Of a stretch of DNA of 64,000 nt, positions 10,138-19,026 are shown one piece after another; position 1 is the first letter of the stretch; every line of letters begins with the position of its first letter. The notes beneath the pieces were generated by a model that did not search any database, was not told the origin of the DNA, and saw only the letters and a program-made list of their open reading frames with translations. The stretch spans positions 1,057 to 65,056 of the forward strand of contig CAYMIG010000004.1 in NCBI GenBank assembly GCA_964390635.1, read 5' to 3'. Source of the stretch: an uncultured Vampirovibrionales bacterium. Its GTDB lineage: Bacteria > Cyanobacteriota > Vampirovibrionia > Vampirovibrionales > Vampirovibrionaceae. Made by a program: the position numbers and the translations under genes.

Positions 10138-10242
10138 ACTGACTCCACACATTGGCCACACCACTTCATCCATATTATGGAATTTCGGCGGCCCGCGTTC
10201 ATCCACCATTGGGTGTAGGCGCAGGGGTTATGGCCCCGGGAA

Positions 10243-11352
10243 TCAGGGGTTGCGGCCCTTTCTGGGCTGGGGCTTTTCCGGGCGCAGGCGGGCCAGTTCC
10301 TGGTACAGCTCCTTTTCGCGGGCGCTCAGGTTTTCGGGGGGCACAATCATCACCGTCACGTAGTGATCGCCCCGCATGGCCCCATTGGCCACCCCGCGCT
10401 CCTTCAGGCGAAATACCTTGCCCGAGGCCGTACCCGGCGGCAGGGTCATTTTGACCGGCCCGCCCAGGGTGGGTACCTCGATTTCCCCGCCCAGCACGGC
10501 ATCCGTCACCGAAATGGGCATTTCCCCGTGCACGTCCAGCCCCTCGATGCGCAGGGAGGGATCGAGCGCAATCTCGATTTGCAGGAACAGATCGCCGTTT
10601 TCGGCCCCACCGGTGCCCCGGCCCCCTTCCCGGGCCACCCGCACCCGGGAGCCGTTCTTGACCCCGGCGGGAATGCGCACGTCGATTTTTTTCAGGCGCA
10701 CCATCACCTTTTCCCCGTGGCAGGTGGGGCAAACCGCCCCGGAAACCTTGCCCGTCCCCGCACAGCGGCGGCAAATTTCGTTGTGCTGGACGTTGACGGT
10801 TTTTACCACCCCTTCCTCGGCCTCCAGGGGAGAAATGGCCGTTTTCACCACCACGTCCTCGCCCCGCTTGGGCTTTTCTTTATCCCCCGGGGCGGCCTGC
10901 TTGCGGAAAACCCCTCCCTCTTTGCCCTTGGGGCCGTCCTGGGGGGTGAAGCCCTTTTTCAGGAAGGTTTCAAACAGCTCGTTGATGGGGGTGCCGCTGG
11001 CGGCCTTGGCGTCCTTGGGGCTGGTAGCCTTGCTGTCCTCCGGCTTGCCAGGCTTGCCGGAAGGCTTTTTGGCCTTTTCGGAAGCGGAAGACTTGGCCTT
11101 GCCCGGCGGCGGCTTGGCAGCACCCGGTTGCAGGGCCTGCAGGGAGGCATCGTACAGGGCCCGCTTCTCCGGGTTGCCCAGCACCTCGTAGGCCTCGTTA
11201 ATCTCCTTGAACTTCTCTTCCGCCGCCCGGTTGCCGGCGTTCAGATCCGGGTGGTACTGCCGGGCCAGCTTGCGGAAGGCCGCCTTCACTGTCTCCGGAT
11301 CGGAAAAGGGGGCCACGCCCAGAACCTGGTAATAGTTTTTGAATGGGGCCAT
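10243..11352 (-). CDS. DnaJ-class co-chaperone with a reduced zinc-finger region
   Basis: J domain with HPD; only two CxxCxG repeats (CRRCAGTG, CPTCHGEK); C-terminal DnaJ_C domains. Confidence 0.9.
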   Translation of the reverse strand: MAPFKNYYQVLGVAPFSDPETVKAAFRKLARQYHPDLNAGNRAAEEKFKEINEAYEVLGNPEKRALYDASLQALQPGAAKPPPGKAKSSASEKAKKPSGKPGKPEDSKATSPKDAKAASGTPINELFETFLKKGFTPQDGPKGKEGGVFRKQAAPGDKEKPKRGEDVVVKTAISPLEAEEGVVKTVNVQHNEICRRCAGTGKVSGAVCPTCHGEKVMVRLKKIDVRIPAGVKNGSRVRVAREGGRGTGGAENGDLFLQIEIALDPSLRIEGLDVHGEMPISVTDAVLGGEIEVPTLGGPVKMTLPPGTASGKVFRLKERGVANGAMRGDHYVTVMIVPPENLSAREKELYQELARLRPEKPQPRKGRNP

Positions 11353-11425
11353 GCCGGAAGCATCCTTGCGCCACGCTTACTTCCATTGTAGTGCAAAACG
11401 GGGCGCCCTCAAACCGCCGAGGTGT

Positions 11426-12556
11426 TCACACGGGGCGGGGACGCAGCTTGAGCAGGGCCATGGCCAGCAACACGGTCAGCACCAGGGGCAGCCAGGCCAC
11501 CAGCCAGGGCACCAGAAGGTTGAGGGAGCCGAAGTTGCTGGTAAAGGGCACCAGGATACTGTAGATGAAAATGACCAGCGCCCCGTAGGTAAGGCCGTAG
11601 GTGCGGTGGGTTCGCACCTGCTCCATGCCCAGCAGGGCCCCCAGCAGGGCAAAAACCATGGTGGCCACCGGCATGGACCACTTCTGCCATAGCCGAACCT
11701 GATAGAAGGGCACCTCTTGCAGCTGCCCGCCTTCCTTCAGCAGCCGGATATACCGCCTGAGCTGGTTCCATGGCATGGTCATGGGGTTGGTGCGGGTGTA
11801 CTCCAGCAGGATGTGGGCATATCGGTTGGTACGCACCTGTTGCAGTTCGAAGGGGCGGATGTCTTTGTACACCCCTTCCTCGTTCAGCACGTATTCAATG
11901 CCTTCCTGCAACTGCCACTGACGGCTTTGGGCCATCCAGCGTCCTGTTTTTGCCCGCAAAATACGGGAGATCCGCATGCCGAACTCCCCGCTGTCCTCGT
12001 AATACAGCACGATAAAGTCGGACAGCTCTGGCTTTTGAATCTGCCCAATCATGAAGAACCGGGCCAGTCGGTCGGCGTGGTCTTTTTCCACAAACAGGAA
12101 GTTGCGATCCTGCATGTCGCGCAACTTCAAATCGGTGTAAGCCTGCTCCAGGCGGTTGGCGGTCTGGGGAATCACCCATTCCTCCACCACGGCCTGGGCC
12201 CCGGCAAACAGAGCCCCCACTATCAGCACCGGCAACAGCACCCGGCGGGGGGATACCCCGCTGGCGAGCATGGCAATCAGCTCGTAATTCTGGCTGAGCC
12301 GCTGGAACAGAAAGATACTGCCCAGCAGGGCGGCCATGGGGATGGTCTGCTCCAGCACGGCGGGAATGTGGTAGGCAAACATCTCCGCGCCCTGGGCGGG
12401 GGTAATGCGGCCCGCAAACACGTACTGGGTCAGCTTGAACAGGGTGTCCGGGGCCAGCCAGATGACGCTAAAGAGCACCACCGCAAACAGCATAATCCAG
12501 AACAACTGCCGCATCAGGTAGCCGTCCAGGATGGTCCAGAATTTCAGCCTTTTCAC
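11426..12556 (-). CDS. LptF/LptG family LPS export permease
   Basis: ILDGYL start, ELIAMLASGVS motif, 3+3 TM layout with periplasmic domain; follows lptB. Confidence 0.9.
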   Translation of the reverse strand: MKRLKFWTILDGYLMRQLFWIMLFAVVLFSVIWLAPDTLFKLTQYVFAGRITPAQGAEMFAYHIPAVLEQTIPMAALLGSIFLFQRLSQNYELIAMLASGVSPRRVLLPVLIVGALFAGAQAVVEEWVIPQTANRLEQAYTDLKLRDMQDRNFLFVEKDHADRLARFFMIGQIQKPELSDFIVLYYEDSGEFGMRISRILRAKTGRWMAQSRQWQLQEGIEYVLNEEGVYKDIRPFELQQVRTNRYAHILLEYTRTNPMTMPWNQLRRYIRLLKEGGQLQEVPFYQVRLWQKWSMPVATMVFALLGALLGMEQVRTHRTYGLTYGALVIFIYSILVPFTSNFGSLNLLVPWLVAWLPLVLTVLLAMALLKLRPRPV

Positions 12557-12568
12557 CCGGCAACACTC

Positions 12569-13291
12569 CTAGGACAAGCTGAAATCTTCGCCCAGGTAGC
12601 TGCGCCGCACCAGTTCGTTGCGGGCCACCTCCTGGTGGGTGCCGGAAAAAATCAGCTTGCCGTCGTGGATGATGTTGGCCCGATCCACCACCGAGAGCGT
12701 GGCCCGCGGGTTGTGGTCGGTCAGCAGGATGCCCAGCCCCCGCTCCTTCAGCAGCACGATGAGCTTCTGGATGTCCTGGATGGCAATGGGATCGATCCCG
12801 GTGAAGGGTTCATCCAACAGCAAAAACTGGGGGTTGGTGGCAATGGCCCGGGCGATTTCCACCCGCCGGCGCTCCCCGCCGGACAGGCTGATGGCCGAGT
12901 GATCGCGCAGCTGCTCGATGCCAAACTCCTGCAGCAGGCTGTCAATACGTTGCTTGCGCTCCTTGGGGCCAATGGGCTGGAATTCCAGCACCAGGGCCAG
13001 GTTCTCTTCCACGGTCAGCTTGCGGAACACCGAGGTTTCCTGGGGCAGATAACCGATACCCGCCCGGGCCCGCTCGTGGATGGGCAGGCCGGAAATGCGC
13101 CGGTCGTTCAGAGTGACGGTGCCACTATCGGGGGTAATAATGCCCACCACGGAGTAGAAGGTGGTGGTTTTTCCGGCCCCGTTGGGCCCCAGCAGGCCCA
13201 CGATTTCCCCCGGCTGAATGTCGAAGGAGATGTGGTTGACCACCGGGCGGCCACCGTAGGATTTGCTCAGGTTTTCAACAGTCAGGGTCAT
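12569..13291 (-). CDS. lptB: LPS export ABC ATPase LptB
   Basis: GPNGAGKTTTF, GYLPQE, LSGGERRRVEIARA, LLDEPF, TDHN. Confidence 0.95.
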   Translation of the reverse strand: MTLTVENLSKSYGGRPVVNHISFDIQPGEIVGLLGPNGAGKTTTFYSVVGIITPDSGTVTLNDRRISGLPIHERARAGIGYLPQETSVFRKLTVEENLALVLEFQPIGPKERKQRIDSLLQEFGIEQLRDHSAISLSGGERRRVEIARAIATNPQFLLLDEPFTGIDPIAIQDIQKLIVLLKERGLGILLTDHNPRATLSVVDRANIIHDGKLIFSGTHQEVARNELVRRSYLGEDFSLS

Positions 13292-13293
13292 GG

Positions 13294-14385
13294 CTAGTAG
13301 TCGCTGGGATCGTCGGGGGGTAACGCCGAACCGCCGCCCGAGGGCTTGCCCCCGGAGGCACCGCCGGAGGCCGGACGGTCCTTGGCCTTGAAGTTCACCT
13401 TCACGTTGCCCACCGCGTCGAAGTTGCGGGGGTTGGTGGTAATGGTAATCTTGTCGGCGGTAATGGTACGGCCCTGCTCGGTAATGGTGGGCCGGCTGGT
13501 CAGGAAAATGCGATCCAGCTCCCCGTTTTTCAGCTTGAAGGTGGCCTTGGGGCCCACGGCCACATAGTCCCCGTAGACAATCTTGACATGCCCGCTGGCG
13601 ATCATGGTGTCGGAGGCCTTGTCGTACTGCTGGTAGTCGGAGCGGATGATCACCTTGGTGGGGTCGGTGGGCTTGGAGGGCTTGAGATCCACGTCGGTTT
13701 TCACGTTGGATTCGGCGATCAGGTTGCCGGAATCCACCATCACGGTAATCTTGTCCCCGTTGATGGTGCTGGTGTCCTTGGTAATGCGGGCCCCACCCGA
13801 GAAAATGACCCGCTCGGCCTTGCCGGCCTCGGTCATGCGCACATTCACCAGGCTGCTGAAAGCCTTGCTGCCCTGGTAATCCACCTGCACGTTGCCGCTG
13901 GCCGAAACCACCTTGTTCTTGTTGTCGAACTGCTGGATGTCGGAGCGGATGGTGAAGGGATCGGCGGCCACGGTGGTGAAGTAAGACTCCACGTTGCCTT
14001 CCGCCCCGAAGCGGTCATCGGTGAGGTACAGGTTGATGACATCCCCAATCACCGTGTCTTCCCCCGCCTGGGCCTTGATCTGCTTGAACATGGGACGGTT
14101 GAAGAACCGGGCCACCTGGGGCTTGCCGGCCACGTCCATATCCATTTCGGCCTTGTTGCCGGTAATGCGGATGTCCTGGTAGGCCACCGTCACATGGCCG
14201 CTCAGGTAGTACTTTTGCTTGTCCACGTTGTAGTTTTGCTTGTCGGCGGTAACCCGCACGGTATTGGGATCCACCGAGGGGGCCGCGGAAATGCCCGCCG
14301 GGGCATGCCACAGGATGCCCACCGCAAGCAGGGCCAGGGCCAGCCGACGATAGGGACGGGAGGGGAGGGTTGAAAGCGGGATCAT
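13294..14385 (-). CDS. LptA/OstA-like beta-jellyroll periplasmic protein with repeated domains
   Basis: Signal peptide and repeated IxxD...AxGNV units; directly upstream of lptB. Confidence 0.85.
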   Translation of the reverse strand: MIPLSTLPSRPYRRLALALLAVGILWHAPAGISAAPSVDPNTVRVTADKQNYNVDKQKYYLSGHVTVAYQDIRITGNKAEMDMDVAGKPQVARFFNRPMFKQIKAQAGEDTVIGDVINLYLTDDRFGAEGNVESYFTTVAADPFTIRSDIQQFDNKNKVVSASGNVQVDYQGSKAFSSLVNVRMTEAGKAERVIFSGGARITKDTSTINGDKITVMVDSGNLIAESNVKTDVDLKPSKPTDPTKVIIRSDYQQYDKASDTMIASGHVKIVYGDYVAVGPKATFKLKNGELDRIFLTSRPTITEQGRTITADKITITTNPRNFDAVGNVKVNFKAKDRPASGGASGGKPSGGGSALPPDDPSDY

Positions 14386-14532
14386 AATCAGCCTGTTTTC
14401 CTTTTGTGTCTATGATAGCTCAAAGGGCGCGTTGAACTCAAAGATGTCGCGGGCGTTTTTTTGTTCAGAGTCCCGGGGCGGGGGTGGGACGCACAAAGCC
14501 AAACAGGCCGGCGGGGGTCCTCTTATGATACA

Positions 14533-15186
14533 ATGGCCGGCATGTTCCACAGTTTGTACCAGCGCCAAAAGTCCGCCGCCCAGGCCACCCCGGAATCCCG
14601 GGCCAAGACCCTGCTGAGCTGGCCGGTCAGCTACACGGAGGGCTTTGTGGACAGCGACCCCGAGCACTGGACGCTGGAGGTTGACGGCCTGGTGGAACGC
14701 CCCCAAAGCTTTAACCTGCGCGATTTGAACGGGTTCACCCGCATCCAGCAGAACCGCCGCCTGGTGTTTGCCGACGGCTGGACTTTCCGGGCCCAGTGGG
14801 AAGGCTTCGTGATTCAAGAGTTGCTGCACCGGGTGGGGTTGAGGCCGGAAGCCCGCTTCCTGCACCAGACCAACGCAGTGGGCCAGGTGGAATGCCTGCC
14901 CGTGCAGGACTTGATTGGCCAACGGGCGCTCTTTTGCATGCGCGTGGACGGCAAGCCCCTGCCCGCCCTGTATGGCGGCCCCCTGCGCCTGATGGTGTTC
15001 GATCGCTTTGCCCACAAGGGGCTCTCCCAGGTGGTGCGCCTGGAGCTCTCCGACCAGGAAATTCCCGGCCACTGGGCCGCCAAGGGCTACGACCCCCTGG
15101 GGCAGATTACCCCTGGCTCCTACTACGCGGCGGATCTGCGCCTGATGCAATCGGTGCGGGCCAGCGGCGAAATTACCCAATGGTAA
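14533..15186 (+). CDS. Sulfite oxidase/MsrP-like molybdopterin-binding domain protein lacking the Mo-ligand Cys
   Basis: WTLEVDGLVE, AQWEG, GKPLPALYGGPLRL and GHWAAKGY match the family; the expected Cys motif reads VFADGW. Confidence 0.8.
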   Translation: MAGMFHSLYQRQKSAAQATPESRAKTLLSWPVSYTEGFVDSDPEHWTLEVDGLVERPQSFNLRDLNGFTRIQQNRRLVFADGWTFRAQWEGFVIQELLHRVGLRPEARFLHQTNAVGQVECLPVQDLIGQRALFCMRVDGKPLPALYGGPLRLMVFDRFAHKGLSQVVRLELSDQEIPGHWAAKGYDPLGQITPGSYYAADLRLMQSVRASGEITQW

Positions 15187-15349
15187 GCCGGGAACCTGAA
15201 CCGATGCACGACGTCACAGCCTGCAGGCATTCTGATGTGGGAGGCTGCTTGTTTGTTAAATTTTCTTACAAAACCCCCGGCCCATCGAAAGCGGCTCCCA
15301 TGAGGGGGTTTTATTGGGTTACCCGAACCGCATCTGGAGACTGGTCTGT

Positions 15350-16570
15350 ATGACTGCCGCGCCCGCCGCATCCCGAGTAAACCCGCCCTGGTCCCGGCGC
15401 CTGCTGGGCTTTTGCCTGGCGGCCACGCTGCTGCTAGGGCATCCCCTGCCCGCCCTGGCCCGCAAGGACAAGGCCCCGGACTGGCCCCAGCGGGAATTCC
15501 TGCCCCCGGTGGCCACCATCAACGGCAAGGTGGATCCCAATGCCGGGCAAGCCACCGGCGAGGACAACGCGCTGGAAGCGGTCAGCCTGGTGGGCGTCAA
15601 CACCCCCACCCTGAACAAGACCCCCCGGGTGGAGCGCCTGAGCGAGTCGATCAAGGCCACCGAGCTGAACCCCGGGCTCAAGACCCTGGCGGATTTGCAG
15701 GGCCAGGTGGATGAGGCGGATCTCAACCGCCTGTGGGAAGCCACCGTGGAGCGCAACCCGGTCATCCGCTTCTCGCTGGAGAAGATTGCCACCCCCACCG
15801 ACCTGCAACCCAAGCAATCCAGCATCTTTTTAAGAAAAACGCTGAGCACCCTCATTTCCGGGGCCGCCATGGCGGCCACCTCCATGCCCGGGGGCGGCGC
15901 CTACCGGGACATGGGTGCCATGGCCGCCAGCAACGCCCTGCAGAACATGGTGGCCGGGCGCACCCAGCCCGCCCCCAACGCCCTCACCCCCACCGAGCAG
16001 ATCCAGCTGGCCGGGCTCATCGATGAGCTGAAGATCAAGCTTATCCGCACCTACCAAGACTACAAACACGCCCTGCAGGCGCTGAGCGAAAGCCACGCCA
16101 TCACCATGAAAAACAACAACCTTTACTCCCAGGCCCTGGCCAGCAAGAACGATCTGGCGGTCATGGCCGCGGGCACCGCTTACTACCAGGCCCTGAGCAA
16201 CGAAACCGCCCTGCGCCAGAAGGCCAAGCTGTATCGCCTGCAACTGGAGCGCCTGGCCGGCCCGGATGCCCTGGACGACCTGCAACTGGCCGTGCTGATC
16301 CCGGAGGGGGCGACGCCCGCCGCAACCACCCCGCCGGCCCGGCCCACCGAAACGGCGGGACTGGCCCCCAGCACCCCGGCTGCCACCGAAACCGCCTTGC
16401 CGGATGAAATTGGCCCGTTGCTGCCGGATGCCGCCATCGGCCCGGAAGCCCCGGTCGGCCCCATGCCGGCCAGTGGCGGCAAGAAACAAACTGCCCGCAA
16501 CCCCCAAAACGCCCGGGATCTGCAACCCATAGCCGACAAGGTAGACGAAGGGGGCCGCCATGACCACTAA
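15350..16570 (+). CDS. Secreted helical protein, single OEP/TolC-like repeat (paralog 1)
   Basis: Signal peptide ending LPALA; LWEATVERNPVIRFSLEK and RLQLERLAGP are shared with the next gene; Pro/Ala-rich tail. Confidence 0.7.
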   Translation: MTAAPAASRVNPPWSRRLLGFCLAATLLLGHPLPALARKDKAPDWPQREFLPPVATINGKVDPNAGQATGEDNALEAVSLVGVNTPTLNKTPRVERLSESIKATELNPGLKTLADLQGQVDEADLNRLWEATVERNPVIRFSLEKIATPTDLQPKQSSIFLRKTLSTLISGAAMAATSMPGGGAYRDMGAMAASNALQNMVAGRTQPAPNALTPTEQIQLAGLIDELKIKLIRTYQDYKHALQALSESHAITMKNNNLYSQALASKNDLAVMAAGTAYYQALSNETALRQKAKLYRLQLERLAGPDALDDLQLAVLIPEGATPAATTPPARPTETAGLAPSTPAATETALPDEIGPLLPDAAIGPEAPVGPMPASGGKKQTARNPQNARDLQPIADKVDEGGRHDH

Positions 16571-17432
16571 GCGCTTCACCGCCCTGGCCCTGGCCCTAGC
16601 CCTTTCGACAGCGCCCCTGCCCGCCCTGGCCAAGGAGGGCAAGCCTGCCGACAAGGCCGATAAGAAGGTTTCCGTGCCGGTCTCCCCGGAGGCCGCCAGC
16701 CAACTGGGCCCGGAGACCGTGGCCGCGGTCAACGCCCTGTCGGAATCCATGCACTGGGAAGATCGTTCCATATACCAGGAACTGCGGGATGAGGACGAGG
16801 CCGCCGTGCAGGATATCGGCATGCTGTGGCAGGCCGCCGTGGAGCGCAGCGGCACCATCCGCTACGCCATCGAGAAGCTCTCCCGCCGGGACGCCACCGG
16901 CCAACCGGTGAAAGGCGACAGCTTCTCCGAGCGCATGCTGCACAGCCTGGTGCGGCTGGGCGGGGTGGCCGGCTCCATGTATACCGGAACACCCGCCGGC
17001 TTGATTGGGGGCAGCATGATCGAGGATCTCATGTCCGGCAACCCCCAGGAATCCGCCCTCATGCGGGTCACCGATGCCGATATGGTCATCCTGGCCAAGG
17101 AGGTAGAAGGCCTGCAATCCAAAGTCATCGAAACCTACTACACCTACCGGCATGCCAAGGAGCGCCTGGAGGTAACCCAGCAGGCCATGGAAACCATCGG
17201 CAAGTATTACGACCATGCCAGCCGCATGCCGGCGGGGGATCCCGCCCAGGCCGCCGCCGCCCAAAGCCTGCAACCCCTGATGCAATCCCTATACGATGCC
17301 GCCCGGCAGGATGAATCCACGGCGGCCCAAGCCGTGGTCAGCGCCCGCAACGAGCTCAGCCTGCTGGTGGGGCCCGATGCGGTAGCCGCCCTGGACGCCT
17401 CGGCCCAAAAGGCCGCGGAAGCCGGCAATTAA
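16560..17432 (+). CDS. Secreted helical protein, single OEP/TolC-like repeat (paralog 2)
   Basis: Signal peptide ending LPALA; LWQAAVERSGTIRYAIEK and RNELSLLVGP; overlaps the previous gene. Confidence 0.7.
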   Translation: MTTKRFTALALALALSTAPLPALAKEGKPADKADKKVSVPVSPEAASQLGPETVAAVNALSESMHWEDRSIYQELRDEDEAAVQDIGMLWQAAVERSGTIRYAIEKLSRRDATGQPVKGDSFSERMLHSLVRLGGVAGSMYTGTPAGLIGGSMIEDLMSGNPQESALMRVTDADMVILAKEVEGLQSKVIETYYTYRHAKERLEVTQQAMETIGKYYDHASRMPAGDPAQAAAAQSLQPLMQSLYDAARQDESTAAQAVVSARNELSLLVGPDAVAALDASAQKAAEAGN

Positions 17433-17442
17433 ACCGCCCAAC

Positions 17443-17474
17443 AAAAAAGGCACGCCGTTGCGGGTGCCTTTTTT
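17443..17474. terminator. Bidirectional intrinsic terminator
   Basis: AAAAAAGGCAC-N10-GTGCCTTTTTT between convergent genes. Confidence 0.85.
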
Positions 17475-17502
17475 GCTTGGGTAAATACGGGCCTGAGGGG
17501 GC

Positions 17503-17928
17503 CTAGGCTTCCGCCGGGGCTTCCTCGGCTTGGGCCGCCGGTTCTTCGGCAACAGGCGCAGCAGCCGGCTCTTCGGCGGGCGGCGGCGGGGGTGCGGCAG
17601 CCGCTTCGGCTTCCGCGGCCTTTTTGGCCTGCTCGGCAGCTTGCGCCTTCTTGGAGAGGCGCTGCTTTTTCACCACTTCCAGCTGCACCAGCTCACCGGT
17701 TTCGCTGGCCTTGTTAATCAGGCGCTGGGCGGCTTCCGAGGGACGGGCCCCCTTGGCAATCCATTCCAGGGCGGCTTGCTTGTCCAGCTTGAGCTGCTTG
17801 GAGATGGGGTTGTAGTAGCCCAGCTCCGAGAGCGGTTCGCCATCACGCCGATTGCGGATATCGGTTACGACGATGCGGTAAAAAGGACGGTGCTTTCGGC
17901 CCAGGCGCTTCAAGCGGATCTTAACCAT
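17503..17928 (-). CDS. rpsP: 30S ribosomal protein S16 with an Ala/Glu/Pro-rich C-terminal extension
   Basis: MVKIRLKRLGRKHRPFYRIVV...RDG...LGYYNP...GARPS. Confidence 0.96.
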   Translation of the reverse strand: MVKIRLKRLGRKHRPFYRIVVTDIRNRRDGEPLSELGYYNPISKQLKLDKQAALEWIAKGARPSEAAQRLINKASETGELVQLEVVKKQRLSKKAQAAEQAKKAAEAEAAAAPPPPPAEEPAAAPVAEEPAAQAEEAPAEA

Positions 17929-17997
17929 AGAAAGGGGAATCTCCACGTTGGTTGCACAGTTTCAAGAGATCTAGTTGTAGCACAAAGCCTTTTGGAT

Positions 17998-18432
17998 TTA
18001 CAAGCGCCTTTTTTTCTCGTCCAGACCGGACTTCCAAAAGAGCCAAACGCCCACAGTAAGGTACATCAGGAAAAGCAGGGCGATCCCGCTGCCCCAGGGC
18101 ATGCCCGTCACATGCCAGGCCTTGCCCTGCTCGGCGGCAATCAGGCTATAGACGGCCAGGAGGATCATGTAGGGCCCCAGCCAGGAGGGGGCAATGAAGG
18201 TGATGGCCAGCGCCGCCAGGTACTCGGCAAACAGCAGCACGCCGTAAGCGGGCCACACCACGTCGGAGGCGGAGAAGGGATTGTGCATCAAACCGGACAG
18301 GGTCAGGGGCAGGGCGCACATGGTGACAAACAGGAAGCCGAACAGGATGAGGGTCCAGAACTCGGCAAAAATCCATTTCATGCGGCCGCCGGGCCGGCTG
18401 ACATCAAAGACCTGGTGGTGGTGATCCGCCAT
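17998..18432 (-). CDS. Hypothetical multi-TM membrane protein, last gene of the respiratory operon
   Basis: AGAGGAG RBS; about four hydrophobic segments. Confidence 0.75.
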   Translation of the reverse strand: MADHHHQVFDVSRPGGRMKWIFAEFWTLILFGFLFVTMCALPLTLSGLMHNPFSASDVVWPAYGVLLFAEYLAALAITFIAPSWLGPYMILLAVYSLIAAEQGKAWHVTGMPWGSGIALLFLMYLTVGVWLFWKSGLDEKKRRL

Positions 18433-18447
18433 ACGACACTCCTCTTT

Positions 18448-18555
18448 CTAGCTCTCGGCGATGATGCCGAAGCTGCAAATCATCATGAGCAGGGCAAAAA
18501 AGAACAGGAAGAACCAGACGTTCTTGATAAACAGGCTGATATCCTTGCGTTCCAT
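18448..18555 (-). CDS. 35-aa single-TM microprotein (not in the ORF track)
   Basis: MERKDISLFIKNVWFFLFFFALLMMICSFGIIAES*; AAGGAG RBS; fills the gap between operon genes. Confidence 0.75.
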   Translation of the reverse strand: MERKDISLFIKNVWFFLFFFALLMMICSFGIIAES

Positions 18556-18570
18556 TGGGTGCTCCTTCCC

Positions 18571-19014
18571 TTAATCCTTGCTGGCCTTGGCCGCAACGGG
18601 CTTGGCGGCGGCAGGGGGTTCCATTTTGCGGCAGCGGGCGGCAAAATCGTCCACCATGTCCTTCAGCTTGTCATACTCCAAGGCAGACAGCCAGTAGGCC
18701 TCCACCCGTTTCTTGTCCACATTGGGCTTCAGCTTGGGCATACGCTTGCCCAGCAGGCGTTCCCGGCAGAACTTGTTGCCTTCGCGGTAGTGGCAGTCCC
18801 CAATGCGGCAACCCAGGGCAAAAGTGCCGTCGGCCCCATTTTTCAGTGCGGTTTCAAGCATAATGGGCTGGATTTGACCGCTGCAAGGCACCTTGATGAT
18901 TTTGACTTCCGGATTGTCGGCCAGATAGCCGTTTTCATCCAGCTTGCCTTCAAAATCCACGCTGCGTTCGCAGACGATGCCAATCAGTTTGACTTTGCGA
19001 TCTTCAGTGGTCAT
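18571..19014 (-). CDS. MvhD/FlpD-type [2Fe-2S] protein (hydrogenase delta subunit family)
   Basis: GIVCE, IKVPCSG, GADG, GCRIGDCHYREGN and WLSALE are MvhD hallmarks. Confidence 0.92.
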   Translation of the reverse strand: MTTEDRKVKLIGIVCERSVDFEGKLDENGYLADNPEVKIIKVPCSGQIQPIMLETALKNGADGTFALGCRIGDCHYREGNKFCRERLLGKRMPKLKPNVDKKRVEAYWLSALEYDKLKDMVDDFAARCRKMEPPAAAKPVAAKASKD

Positions 19015-19026
19015 GGGTTGGTTTCC

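Noticed and set aside
17503-17650. Ala/Glu/Pro-rich repeats at the rpsP 3' end
   Set aside because: Low-complexity S16 tails are common in many bacterial phyla.
18571-19014. Hydrogenase or methanogenesis-type locus suggested by MvhD
   Set aside because: No NiFe large or small subunit and no hyp or hdr genes are in the window; MvhD is embedded in the bc-cbb3 operon.
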